From the NCBI RefSeq assembly GCF_009914755.1, contig NC_060938.1: 64,000 nucleotides of DNA. One strand, written 5' to 3'. Source of the stretch: the human T2T-CHM13v2.0 reference genome, Homo sapiens. The notes below the pieces were generated by a model, which saw only the letters and a list, made by a program, of their open reading frames with translations, did not search any database and was not told where the DNA came from. Positions 24,267-38,045 of the stretch are shown in pieces (the stretch's first letter is position 1; every line of letters starts with the position of its first letter). The translations under genes were made by a program, and so were the position numbers.

Positions 24267-25248
24267 AGTATCATTGCTCATCCTGCTAGTTATTGCCAAG
24301 TCATCTTCCATAGATTTATACTTCCAGCAGCAATGGATGAGAGTGCTTTATTTCCTATACTCTCAGCAATTCATAAACCAAACTTTTGTATATTCTCCTA
24401 TCTAATATGTGAAAAAAATGCTATCAGCACCCTTTTTATTTCTCGAGTGAGACTGAGTTTGAGCATTTTTATATGCTTAATAGTCTTTTATATTTTCCTT
24501 TGAACTGGGTGTTCATATATTTGCCCATTTTATCATTGAGTTGTGGGTCCTTTTCTTATTTTTGTAGCCGCTCTTTGTATATTGTAGAAATTGGCCTTTG
24601 GTCTGTGATATAAGTTACAAATATTTTTCCCAGTTGGTCTTTTGTCATAAAGAACTTATTTTTATTTTTATGTGGTTGAATTTCTTCATCTTTTATGGCT
24701 TCTGGATTTCAAATCATATTTTAAAAGGCCTTTTCCACTTTGAGATAGCTATATTTTCCACTAGTACTTTCATGGATTCATTTTATATTTATATATATTT
24801 GAACCATTTTTAGTATAAAATACGAGGTTTGGAACCAATTGTATTTCTATGCAAAGGTGGGTACCCAGTTGTGTCTACACTATTAATATATTTTTCCTCC
24901 ACTGATCTGATATGCCACCCCTTTAACAAAGCAACTTCCTCTATGTATTTAGATCTCTCTCTGCACTTCCTATTTTTCTTTTCATCAATACATTTGTCTA
25001 TTCATGTACTAGCACTCCCACTATTTTAATTATTAATTTTAAATTTTGGGTTAATGTCTAACAGGGAGATTTATATTTTGGAAAAGTCACTCCGACTGCA
25101 TTTTGGGAAATGGATTAGAGGAGAGCGCAAGTGGAGGAGTGAGGATGCCCCAGGGGACAGATGATCCAGACAGTTCACAAGCTCAAGGGTATGGCAGCAG
25201 GGACAGAGAGAACTGGACAGATCTGTGAGATTCATAAGATGTAGCCTC

Positions 25249-27243
25249 TCCTATTCAACATAGTATTGGAGGTTCTGGCCAGGACAATCAGGAAAGAGAA
25301 GCAAATAAAGGGCATTTAAATAGGAAGAGAGGAAATCAAACTATCCCTGTTTGTAGATGATATGATCCTGTATCTACAAAACCTCATTGTCTCAGCCCAA
25401 AAGCTTCTTAAGCTGATAAGCAACTTTAGCAAAGTCTTGGGATATAAAAGTCAATGTGCAAAAACCACTAGCTTTCCTATATACCAACAACAGTCAAGAT
25501 GAGAGCCAAATCACAGATGAACTCCCATTCACAACTGCCAGAAAAAGAACACCTAGGAATACAGATAACTAGGGCGGTGAAAGATCTCTACAAGGAGAAC
25601 TATAAACCACTGCTCAAAGAAATCAGAGATGACACAAACAAAAGCATTCCATACTTATAGATAGGAAGAATCAATACTGGTAAAATGGCCATACTGCCCA
25701 AAGCAATTTATAGATTCAATGTTATTCCCATTAAACTACCATTGACGTTCTTCACAGAACTATAGAAAACTATTTTAAAACATATGGAACCAAAATAGCC
25801 AAGACAATACTAAGCAAAAGAACAAAGCTGAAGACATCACATTACCCAACTTCAAACTATACTACAGGGATACAGTAGCCAAACCAGCATGGTACTGGAA
25901 CAAGAACTGACACATAGACCAATGGAACAGAACAGAGAACCCAGAAATAAGACCACACACCTACAACTATCTGATCTTTGACAAACCTGACAAAACAAGC
26001 AATGGAGAAAGGATTCCTTATTCAATAAATGGTGCTAGGATAACTGGCTAGCCATATGCAGATTGAAACTGGATGCTTTCCTTATACCACATATAAAATT
26101 AACTCTGGATGGATAAAAGACTTAAATGTAAAACCCAAAACTATAAAAACCCTGGAAGACAACATAGGCAATGCCATTCAGGACATAGGCACAGGCAAAG
26201 ATTTCATGGTGAAGATGCCAAAAGCAACTGCAACAAAAGCAAAAATTGCCAAATGGGATCTAATTAAAGAACTTCTGCACAGCCAAAGAAACTATCAGAG
26301 TAAACAGACAACCTACAGAATGGGAGAAAATTTCTGCAAATTCTGCATCTGACAAAGGTCTAACATCCAGCATCTGTAAGGAACTTAAACAAATTTACAA
26401 GAAAAAACATTAAAAAGTGGGCAAAGGACATGAACAGACACTTCTCAAAAGCAGACATACTATGTGACCAACAAACATATGAAAAAAGCTCAACATCACG
26501 GATCATTACAGAAATGCCAATCAAAACCACAATGAGATACCGTCTCACACCAGTCAGAATGGTTATTATCAAAAAGTCAAAAAAAACAAATGCTGGTGAG
26601 GTTGTGGAGAAAAAGGAGTGTTTATACACTGTTAATGGAGTGTAAATTAGTTCAACCATTGTGGAACACAGTGTGGCAATTCCTCAAAGACCTAAAGAAG
26701 AAATACCATTCAACCCAGCAATCCCATTACTGGGTATATCCTCAAAGAAATATAAATTGTTCTATCATAAAGACACATTCACGTGAAAGTTCATTGCAAC
26801 ACTATTCACAATAGTAAATACATGGAATCAACCTAAATGCCCATTAATGATAGACTGGAAAAAGAAAAAATAGTACATATACACCATGGAATACTATGCA
26901 GCCATAAAAAAGAACAAGATCATGTCTTTTGCAGGAACATGGAGCTGGAGGATATTAACCTTAGCAAACTAACACAGGAACAGAAAACCAAATACCACAT
27001 GTTCTCACTTATAAGTGGAAGCTAAATCATGAGAACACATGGACACATAGAAGGGAACAACACACACTGGGGCCTATCGGAGGGTGGAGGGTAGGAGGAG
27101 GGAGAGGATCGGGAAAAATAACTAATGGGTACTTGGCTTAATAACTTGATAATGAAATAATCTGTTCAACAAACCCCCATGACACACATTTACCTATGTA
27201 ACAAACCTGCACCATGTACCCCTAAACTTAAAAGTTAAAAAAT
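25249..27243 (+). mobile_element. 5'-truncated L1PA (L1PA13-like): ORF2 3' remnant and 3'UTR
   Basis: ORF2-like peptides ([23 protein letters not shown]; MNRHFSK...TTMRYRLTPVRM) with frameshifts; G-rich 3'UTR; TSD AAGA(T/C)GTAGCCTC. Confidence 0.95.
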
Positions 27244-27435
27244 ACAACGGACTTTGGGGACTCAGGGGAAAGGGTGGGAGGGAGGTGAGGGATAAAAGAC
27301 TGCAAGTTAAATTCAGTGTGCACTGCTCGGATGATGGGTGCACCAAAATCTCACAAATCACCACTAAAGAACTTACTCATGTAACCAAACACCATCTGTT
27401 CCCCAAAAACCCAGGAAATAAAACATTTTAAAAAT
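27244..27435 (+). mobile_element. L1PB-like 3' terminal fragment directly behind the L1PA
   Basis: GACTTTGGGGACTCAGGGG...CACCAAAATCTCACAAATCACCACTAAAGAACTT...CCCCAAAAAC is L1PB 3'UTR-type sequence. Confidence 0.8.
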
Positions 27436-27684
27436 AAGAAAGCCAGATATCAACGAGAGAAAAAAAAGACGTAGCCTCATTGTGCTTGATGATGGATCAG
27501 ACATGGGCTGTAGAGGAGAAACTAATGAGTCCAGGATGCCTCCCAAAGCGTCTTGCTTGGCCAGCTGAGGTGCTGGGGAAGAATTGGGCTAGGGGTAGGG
27601 ACATGAAATTTGTTATGTTACATAACCCACCTCCTCATCCAGACAAAATACTGTTTTGCTAAGCTGATACATTTGTTGTTAGAT

Positions 27685-27805
27685 TATCCCCCACTTTGCA
27701 GATGGAAAAACTGAGACTCAGAGATGTTAAGCAACTTGTCCAACATCACAGAATTGTTATGGAATGAGGCTCCACGATAAGACTCAAATCCAGGTCTGTC
27801 TACCC
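27685..27805 (-). mobile_element. MIR
   Basis: CCCACTTTGCAGATGGAAAAACTGAGACTCAGAGATGTTAAGCAACTTGTCC. Confidence 0.8.
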
Positions 27806-28030
27806 TAAATATTGCTAGGAGATGGCAATGGCTGGTTGTCTTAGGCTCTGGAGACCCCATATGAGCACACACAGTAAGGAGACTGTGATGAACCTCCAGG
27901 CCTTCCCTTTCCAACATCTGTTGCAGCCTGAGACACGAGGTTACTGGTAGGCAGCAGAATTCTGCAAAATGACCATCCTGAGATATTTGTTTAAATATAG
28001 CCCCTAATTGAAAGAGAAGAGCCGACATGG

Positions 28031-28200
28031 CTGTGGTTCTCAATCTGACTCCATATGGGAGTCACCTGGGGAGCTTTACCAACTACTGATGCCTGGGGTC
28101 CATCCTGAGAGACTCTGACTTAGTTGTTCTAGGGCATGGCCTGGGCGTGAGGTTATTAAGCTCCCAGGTGATTCTAATGGGCAGCCAAATGGGAAAACTG
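28031..28200. mobile_element. MER5-like hAT-Charlie MITE
   Basis: GTGGTTCTCAA...CACCTGGGGAGCTT...CTCCCAGGTGATTCTAATG. Confidence 0.75.
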
Positions 28201-28530
28201 CACATCAAATGAAACTGCTTCTCCTAGCTTACTGGTCTATGAGGTTAAGTGCATCTGCAGCCTTGGTAGATGAGGGTAAAAGGCAGCTGCTTCCACGGAC
28301 TCATTACAGAACTAAGAGCAAGCACCTGATCCACCCTGTTCCTTGGGTGCCCTACCTATGGGAATCATCTAAGCCAGGCAGCATTAGCAGTGGGGTTTCA
28401 GCACACTCCCAGTCACTTCTCAAATTTCTTCCCCATTGGCTTCAATGGTGCTTGCAATGCCTACCGCAAAGACTCAATTTTGTAAGCTATGTGTACTTTA
28501 ATTAGGTTGATGAATTGTTCCCTGGGATAC

Positions 28531-28986
28531 TGTCATGCCAGACACCTATCACCTCCAATCGGGATGGCACCAGGCTCGAGAGGCTAAAGAAGAGACCCAG
28601 AGCCAGCAAACGAGACACGGGGCTTATTGAGGGGAACTTACGGAGCAGCCCAGTGGTGGGGACTGGACAGGAGAACCACCACTTATAAGAGCATGCAGTT
28701 TATACAGCGTTCTCACTTAACACCCTCCCCCTAGCAACCATCACCTGGCAACCTTCGTTTAACCCAAAACAAAGGGCCTCAATACTCTGTATGACCCACA
28801 TTTTATGGGACAGGGCAGGATGGGGGCTCAGATATGCCTCACAGATAAGGAATGAGTCCCCAGGTTGGCCACGCTGGAACTCTAAACACACATTCAGGTG
28901 CGTCTGCCATACAGGGTGATTCTCAGAAAATGCTTAAGTTATCGCTGTCAGGTGTGTCTGCCGTGCACAGGTGCATCTACCATACA
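28531..28986 (-). mobile_element. ERV solo LTR (LTR47-like)
   Basis: TG...CA termini, ~455 bp, repeated CAGGTGCGTCTGCCATACA-like units near one end. Confidence 0.65.
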
Positions 28987-29071
28987 GTTGCATAGCATTA
29001 ACAGCTGAGTGATCTATTAACCAGAATTCATCAGCCTGATTATCCAGGTATCTGCCAGTATAGTTTCGGGT

Positions 29072-29440
29072 TGTCTGTTAATGCAGATTAGGTTACACTC
29101 CATTAACAGATACTCCCCAAAACCTCAATGCCTTAAAACCACAAAGACTGGCCTGCATGTCCATCACAGGTCATCAGGGACATCTGCTCTATATGGCTTC
29201 CTCTGGAATCCAGCTTCTGGCACAGTTGCCACCTACTGGAGTACTGATATTTGCCACAGCAGAGGGAAAAAAAGGACATGCCTTCCACTAGAAGTGAAAT
29301 GTGTCACTTCCGCTCACACTTCGTCAGCCGAAGCCAGTCACATGGCCACATCTAACTTCAGTGGAGCTGGGAAGCACAATCCTACCCTGCCATGAAGGAC
29401 TCACAGACAGGGCTGGACCACAGCACTAATATCTCCCACC
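29072..29440 (-). mobile_element. MLT1 (MaLR) LTR remnant
   Basis: CCCCAAAACCTCAATGCCTTAAAAC...TCACTTCCGCTCAC...AGTCACATGGCCACATCTAAC. Confidence 0.65.
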
Positions 29441-30429
29441 CGGTCACCGCATGCTGCCTCCCAGCAGAGCACAAACGAATGTTCAAGACGGCTAAGGTCT
29501 TGGGGTCCCCATCCGGCCAATGTCCCTCCCCACTTTTGAGGAATGTGAGCCTGTTACAAAGACAAACCCTGGTCACTTTACCTGGGTTTGCTGCTTCTCT
29601 TCAGGACCTCAAAGTCTGGAGGAGCTTAAAGTGGCGTCATCAGACGAGGTCATGTCCTGGGTGGCTGGGTGACCTCCTGTTACGCTCCCAGTGTGCTGCA
29701 GGATCACTAGGGTCCCAGGGCCAGGCCCAGCCGCGCATTCATCAAACTCTCCTTCTCTGTTAGCTCCCACCCGACTCTGAGCGGGCCAATTTCTTTCATC
29801 ATCCACCTCCAGCTGGGCTGCAACCTGTGGATCACTCCTGGTTCAAAGACTCAGAAGCAGGGAAATGTAATGCTCTGAAAGGTGCTTTCACGCACAGCGG
29901 CTCTCGCCTTCAGGGGATGTTTGAGGCTGCTCTGACTCAGTCTCCCATTCAAAGGCTGGGTTCAGTGGAGAGCCCGCAGGAAGCTAACAAACCGGACTGT
30001 CTGAGGGACTGACTCAAAAAAATAAAAAGAAATAGATGATAGAGTAGCAGAAGTGCCTGCAGCGGCCTCCCGCCCGCGATGTGCCAGGAGTGAGGCAGCT
30101 TCTGCTCCACCCTCCCTGCTGCCAGCGTAGCCGAATGGGCTGAGGACGCCCCTCTCCTGGCCCTGCCTCCGCGGTCTCACTGCACCTGTATGGAAAGGTG
30201 TTGGGCCCTGGCTCCTCAACAGAAAAGACCCTCCCCCACATCCTGCTTTGCCACTCCTGCAGCCTTCGTTTTTAATATTTATACTGAACGGAGCATTCCT
30301 TGCCCAGGAGGCTGGGGAAGAACCTCAAAACTGGAAGCAAGGGCTCGTTTTGAAATCTGTCTTCCTTCACGTTTAAAACAGGCAGCTCTCCCATCTGGGT
30401 ATCTTGAAAATGTGTTGCAAGCCTGAATG

Positions 30430-30680
30430 CTCCGGCTTCAAATCCCTGGGGCTCTGAAGCCCAAGCCTGCCTTTCCTCCACTCACTTCCCAGCTCTGCCA
30501 CTTACCAGCTCAGCTATGTGTCCTTGGGTGCATTACTTTGCCTCTCCGTGCCTCCATTTCTCCATCTGTGCAATAGGGGTGCTACCCAGTGGCGCGTTGT
30601 GGAGGGTTAAGTGAGTTGATGTATGCACAGCACCTGGAACAGAGCCTGATACATAGGCTGTGCTCTTGAGTGTTAGCCGC
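30430..30680 (+). mobile_element. MIR
   Basis: CAGCTCTGCCACTTACCAGC...CCTTGGG...CCTCTCCGTGCCTCCATTTCTCCATCTG. Confidence 0.75.
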
Positions 30681-31200
30681 GAGTATTGTCATGGTGATTA
30701 CAATCCTCAAGCACTGTCCATTCCCTACCTCGTCAGCCGATGACAGGAGTTATTAGCTACAAAGTCTTCACTCAGGCCATTCCCAGCACTCTCCCCAGCC
30801 TGGAAGCACCCACAAAATCAGGTATCCTGTAGACAGACTGTTCTCCATTCCCCTTGGGACCCACAGCCCTTGCTGTAGCACCCAGTATGAAGGCTGGATC
30901 CAAGACTCGGGAGCCATGAGCAACACAGGGGCTGCTGAGAGAAGATGTCCTCTAGCCACACCACACACCCTGATATGTACACGTGCACACCATACACTCA
31001 TCCCCAGGGTGGTTATGCCAGTTGTGCAGCACTTTTGGTGACTACAAATCCCTCTAGCCCTAAGAGGAACCAATTAAGCAATGTATTTAGTGGCCTTAGC
31101 AAGGAGGGAAAGAGTCACCTTAAACATTTTTCCCCGGCGAATCTGACACATTTTGGCAGCCCAGGAGGTTCCAGAAGGGAAAGGGGAAGCCATGCGCAGC

Positions 31201-31219
31201 TGGCGCCCTCTGGTGGTCA
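31201..31219 (-). promoter_or_regulatory. Strong CTCF motif
   Basis: Minus strand TGACCACCAGAGGGCGCCA fits the CCASYAGRKGGCRS core fully. Confidence 0.7.
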
Positions 31220-31912
31220 GTGTCTTCCCACTCAGCGCTTGTTCTGGGGAGGCGGCACCAGAACAGCCCTATTCAAATCAACATAAGTCCCTATGCCCCG
31301 GGTCACATGCGGTGGAAGGAACCAGGATGAGAAGGATGCCATCCTGGCCCTCGAGGTGCTCATAGTCTCTCAAATCACTGTGTCTTCTAGCCTGGGATTG
31401 TTCTCCCGCCCTGGTATCATGACGTTAGTAAGTCGCGCTCATGGAGCTCCGACTGCTGAATCCCCGCTAAGTCCACGTCCTGCGCAAGGCACTTAGTATC
31501 CACTAGCTGTCACCTTTACAGCAACACTGTGCCTTCATCTTATCTGGTTTTATAGATGAGGCTCCAGCAACTAGGTGACTTGCCCAAAGTCGCACAGCCC
31601 ATTTGATGCCAGAGATTTTATTTAAATTTAGTTTATTTTAAACACATACAAATGACACAAAACTCAAATTTTCTGAAGGATTCTATAATGAAAACATCTC
31701 CCTCCAACCACTGTTCTGCCAAGTTGCCACACTGTTTGCAACCTTCGTTTTTAGTTTCTCGTGAACTTGTTCAACAATATCCCATGGGTATAAAGGGAGT
31801 TTTTTTTTAACGCACAGAGGCTGCATACCATACACTGTTCCCAGCCTTGCATCCCCGCACCTTCCCTGCGCCCCTTAGGTTAAAACGCAAAGTTGATTTT
31901 AAAAATAAATAT

Positions 31913-32225
<313 letters not shown>

Positions 32226-32723
32226 GGCCTGGACGACAAGATTCTAGATAATGGCCCTACTTAGGACCCAAGCCCCCTTTTGCACCACAAGTGGTCAGGC
32301 CAACTTAGTGCTGTTTTTCTCTTATGAGCATGGATTTCCAGAAGTAGAACTGCACTCTAATATCACTGACAATCGTTTTGTAGCAATGAATGCATGGAAA
32401 TGCCTCATTCTTTTTAAGAGGTATTGTATGAAATAACCACAGGTTATTAAACTTGCCCACTACAGATGGGCATTGAGATGTTGCCAGTCTTCTGTGGTTA
32501 CAAATATACTGCAATGAACCTCCTTGTCCACCTGCCCTTTTGCACAGGTGAAATTGCTAGGTCAAAGGATACACAGGTGTGTTTGTGATTGTAAAAGATG
32601 CCATCAAACTTCCCCCTATTATGGTTGTACCAACTGACCCCCCATTGCAGGGAGTAGAACCCAGGACCTCCTAACTCTGAAGCTAAGGCTGTCTTCCCCT
32701 GTCAGTTTCATGACTATGACAAA

Positions 32724-33420
32724 TGTCATGTTGAGGTCCAAAGGGAGTGGGTGGATGAGCAGAAAGAATGCTCAGGGGGCCGTAGGCAGGTAAAATATGA
32801 TTTTACTCAGCAGCCGCTCTCATCAACAGCTTTCTTACACTGTCTGCCCTGTCTCGGCTGCTTAGTCTGGCTCCCACGCACAGCTGCACGGCCAGCTCTC
32901 CCTTGCCTTTAGGGTCAGCAGCTTAACTCTTTCTCTCTCTCTCTCTGGGCATGAGTGAGCCAAGCTGTGTCCATCCAGCCAGTAGGCAGCAGCTCCCGGA
33001 CAGACTGGGCCCTTGTGGAACACTCCTCAGCCCCCCAACCCCCAGCAGCTAAAGGAGGCATAGTAGCTTTGACTCCTAGGCCTTCAAAGATACAACCCAT
33101 CCTTTGTCCACTGTCCAGCAATCTGCACACGCTCTGGCCTCCACTAGAGGAAGAGGTCCCATTATGGAGGAGCCTTTAAGACTTTGGCCCCACTGCACTG
33201 GGTGCAGCCCCGATGAGCCCACCTTCCTGGCTGCTTCTTACTGAGCACCCTTCAGCCCTGAGGATGGACAGCAATAGGAGAGCTTGGCATCCCACTGCTC
33301 CCTGCGCAGCCTCCTCCACCAGCAAAGCTCCTTTTCCTATGTCCCTGCTCCTGCCCGGAATCAAGGGACACCTGGTCAGCCAAGGACACAGCCATCTCAA
33401 TTCCGAGGGGCCTGGGATGT
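32724..33420 (-). mobile_element. ERVL-type LTR fragment (LTR18-like) with possible adjacent internal remnant
   Basis: TGTCATGTTGAGGTCC start, LTR-like composition with CT run; family assignment from memory only. Confidence 0.4.
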
Positions 33421-34279
33421 GTGGGAAATGGTGCCCTCAGGAGCAAGGGCTGGAAGACAATCAGCCCAGGAGCGCCTCGCTGCACACTGCAGAGGATTCT
33501 CCAAGGCAGGCAGCTGGAGCAAGAGCTCCAGCAGGGCCTGCTCTGCCCACCAGCCTTGGGGGCTCTGAGTGCTGGGAAGCCCAGCTGGTTCCTGTTTGGC
33601 ACCTGCAAAAAACCATGAATCCAGCTCTTGGGATGAAAGTAGGGCCTGAAAAACCATCTGGATGGGCCCCTGGGTAGGCAGTGGGCACACAGGGGATGAT
33701 GGGTGACCTGTGTCACCACACACTCCCAGCATCCAGCCTGTTTATCAGCATGTCATCTACTGTCATTATCTCAAAATACTCCCCTGCCAGCCGATTACAG
33801 CAAGTGTCAGCTTCCTAATGCACAGTGCATAAACTGCAGAGCCACACATCAAACCCAGGGGGTCTGACTGGATATTCAAAGTCTGCCCAGAGTGACATCA
33901 TACTGGTAAGCCCCCAAGAACTACTCCATAGGGAACTCGACTGTGGCTTCCCTGCACCCCTTAGGTTAAAATGCAAAGTTGGCTTTAAAAATAAATAGAA
34001 GGTGTGGACAGCAAGATTCTAGATAATGGTCCTGCCTAGGACCCAAGGCCCCCCTTTGCAATACAGGTGGTCAGCCCAACTTGGTGCTGTTTTTCTCTTA
34101 TGAACTTGGATTTCCAGAAGTAGAGCTCCTGCCGGATTCCTTTCAAAATGCACACCCTCTTGCAACACGTGTCAGGCACGCAGGCGCGGCTCCCACTACA
34201 GGAGGAAGTGACCTCCCCATTGGCTGAGAGAGCTTAGGACCATGGTCCTCACGCTCAACTATGCACCAGAAAGAAATTA

Positions 34280-34545
34280 GTGCTCATTTTTAGGTGGGAT
34301 AATAATATTGTGGTTATGTCTTTAAAAAGATCCCCTTATGTTTTAGACAGGGGGACCTGTCTACAGATGAAATAATTTAATGTCTGGGATTTGATTCAAA
34401 ATCATACTAGGGACAGTGAGTAGGAGTAGAGATGCAACAAGATTGGCCATCTATGGGTAACTGTTGAAGCCGGGCTGTGGGTGCATAGGGTTCATTATAC
34501 TATCCTGTCTACTTTTGTGTATGTTTAAAGTTTTCTATAATAAAA
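34280..34545 (+). mobile_element. L1M 3' end fragment
   Basis: TGTCTGGGATTTGATTCAAAA...GGGTTCATTATACTAT...CTATAATAAAAA. Confidence 0.7.
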
Positions 34546-35435
34546 AGCAGAATGAAGAGGAGAAAGAAACACAGAGAGCATGGTAAAAACGCAGCTCTTC
34601 AGGGTCCTGGCCCAGGAGTGCAAATGAAGGTTGAGGGCCCAGGAATCTGCTTTTCTCAGGCTCCCTGCTGGCCGGTGAGAAACCTCAGCTTCAGGGTCCC
34701 AGAGCCCACAGAGGCCAAGAGGCTGAGGCCAGAGGTCCCCCGGAGCAGCCCCTGTAAATGGTCCCTGTCTATAGTCAGCCATCATTTAGGCTGCAGTGGG
34801 CTCGTCAGTGCCAGGAATATGAACGGCCTCACGGTCTATTCATTCTCGCCCGGCATCACTGTCAAGATCACAATAAGCAGCATGGCAGGATCTACGCACG
34901 GAGCTGGCTGAATCTTTATTAAAATCTTTTTTTTGTGCATGATGTTCCCAATTTGTTTCTTTGTTCCTGGTATCTGGAGTCACGCAGTTTCTGATATTTG
35001 TCTTGGAGATGGAGGAAGTTTGACTGACATGCCACGGTGGTGGAAAGGTAGTATTGATATCCTGAAAAACCTATTCTATCCAGCGAGAAATATCACCCCA
35101 TAGCCCATGCTGCTGTGTCCGGGCCGCCTCCAAGGCTCGTCAGTTTGGAGGCCCCAGCGAGGTTCTCAGCATGGCTGGCAGGTGCTGCGGCCCAGAACTT
35201 AAGTGAAAGTCAAATCTGACTCATGCTTGTCACCTAGAGTGGGTGTTCTACATGTATGTGTTCCTGGGGCCCCAGAGCTGGAAGAGGTGGCCCAGGGCCT
35301 CAGGTGCCACACGCCTCCTACAACCCTTCAGCCAAAGCATCTATCTCCTTATGCACTTTACTCATGAGGGGTCTAGGTATGGCCTTTATTTTTTAAGGTT
35401 TCTGCTTCTAAAACAAACAAACAAAAAATCAAAAC

Positions 35436-35815
<380 letters not shown>

Positions 35816-35819
35816 CTAG

Positions 35820-36440
35820 AATCAGTGGGAATGTAAAATGGTACAGCCACATAAAAGAGTTTAAAAATTCAATATATTCCTACCCTTTGATCCAGCCATT
35901 CCACTCCTAGATATTTGTCAGGATGAATGAAAGCATATGTTCGTATAATGACTTATACACAAATGTTCATAGCAACTTTATTTGTAAAATCCCCAAACTT
36001 GACCCAAACAACCCAAATGTCCACAGATGAACTGATACATAGTGGTATATTCATGCAAGAGAACACTATTCAGCAGTGAAACAGAACAAACTGTTGATAT
36101 ACACAACAACAGACGAATCTCAGAGTAATTCTACTGAGTGAAAGAAGTAGGACAAAAAAATACAAACCATACGATTCCAGTAACAGAGGATTTTAGAAAA
36201 TGCACATTCAACTGTTGTGACAGGAAGCAGATCTGTTTTGGAGTCTGTTTTGGGGGAAAAGGGAGGTAGAGATTACAAAGGGGTGTGGGTACTGCTCAGG
36301 GGTAAAGAACATGTCTACTATCTCGATTGTGGGGACGGTTTTGCAGGTATATACATATTTCAAAATTCTTCCAATTGCACACCTTAAATACTTGCAGTTT
36401 ACATCAATGATACCTCAACAAATTTGTGGGGAAAAAAAAA
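35820..36440 (+). mobile_element. L1M 3' region
   Basis: GGGAATGTAAAATGGTACAGCCAC...CCATTCCACTCCTAG...ATACCTCAA. Confidence 0.8.
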
Positions 36441-37149
36441 TTTAATAGGAAAAATAGCTTTAACAAAATGTGATCAGGAAAAGAAAATCCCTCTCCAGGG
36501 TCTGAGACAGAAATTCATCCCAAACCAGGTTTTTTCCAGTGATCTATGTCTCCTGAGCCCCACAACATGAATGGCACCCTGCTAGGTGCTGGAAGAGGCA
36601 CAAAGCTAATGGTTTAACTGGGGAGATAAGAGACACACCAACTGCCACAGGGCGACGAGACAGGTGTCTCATGAATATCAGCGAGAGCTGCAGGGGTTAG
36701 GACTTGAGATGATCAAAGAAGGCTCCTTGGAAGAAGCAACATTTTAGTTGTGTCTTGAGTATATAGAGTTTTGAAAGATGAAGATGGAGCCAGCCGTGTT
36801 CCAGGCGGAGAGGCCAGCATGAAGAGATGTACAGATGGAGAACGACCACTGTTAAAACAAGGGGAGTAATGGAGGACACTATGGAGGCCGGATGACAGAA
36901 GTCCTTGAGTGCTAGATGACAGAGCCTGGATTTACGAGGCAGGCATGGAGAGCAGAAGAGAAACATGGCTCATTCATTAATTAAGACTTTACTGCGAACC
37001 TGCTATGTGTCACATCCAGTGTTGGGGGCCTTGGGATTCAAAGATGACCCCTGCCAGCAGAGTGTGCATCTGGTGAGAGATCTTGATATGTAAACACATA
37101 AACAAAACCAAATGGTATTGGTGCCTCAAGCAGAGCCTCCAAGGGCACG

Positions 37150-38045
37150 TATTATCCAAGATTCTTTTACTTGAAGTGATAGACACCAAACACCAACTGG
37201 CTTAAGTAAAAAGGAAAATGTACTGGCTCACAGACATGAAAGTTCATGGGATCATCAGGTACAGCTGGATCCAGGAATTCCATCCATGTCATCAGCACTG
37301 CTCCCTGTCTCTCAACCCTGCTTTCCTCTGGGTTGGGACCATCTCAGGTCAGCTTTCTTTAAGGGGTAGCCTAAGGATCTCAGCAGTTTATGCCATACTT
37401 AAATCCAAATGAAAGATTTTCTCTTTCCCAACAGTTTCAACTGAAGTCCTGAAATTGAGTCTCATCATCTCTAATTTTCCTAGCTTAGTCACATGCCCTT
37501 TCATGAAACAATCCCTGTGGCCAGAGTGATGCCATGCTCTGACTGGTCATCAGTGACACGCCTGGAGTGGGGGTCAACTCCACCACATGCGCGGAGACTG
37601 GGGAGAAGTTTTGACAGCGCTGGCTGCATAACCCCACACCCCCAAGCTCTTTCTCTCTTTTTCTCCATTTTGGAGGCTAGAAAAATGAAATGCTAGCCTT
37701 CCCCATCTCCTTTGCAGCTAGAGAGAATCTTAACACAGCTCTGGCTGATGAAATATAAGTGGAAGTATGGTGGAGACAACTGGAAAAACTTTGGCTTTTC
37801 TGATTAAAAAAAAAAGAAGAAGAAGAACAACTTCAAATTATTCTTCCTCCTTCCCTTCCTTCATCCTGCCTTGAGTGCAGATGTGATGCTTAGAGCTGCA
37901 AGCATGAGGAGAGAAACGCTGAATCAAAGCAGGCAACCACCTACCTTCAGAATTAGTGCTATGTGAATGAAATAAATCTTTACGTTGCAGCCACTCTGCA
38001 TCAGCTTTCTTATCATTTACAGCTGAACGCATTCCTAATGTATCC
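37150..38045. mobile_element. Old LTR remnants (MLT1-like followed by LTR16/33-like)
   Basis: CAACTGGCTTAAGTAAAAAGG...GCTGGATCCAGG; AAATAAATCTTTA...CAGCTGAACGCATTCCTAA. Confidence 0.5.

Noticed and set aside
26056-27025. L1 ORF2-like ORFs (also 49259-49495, 56125-56391, 57790-58167) as functional genes
   Set aside because: Fragmented by frameshifts and stops within truncated old L1 copies
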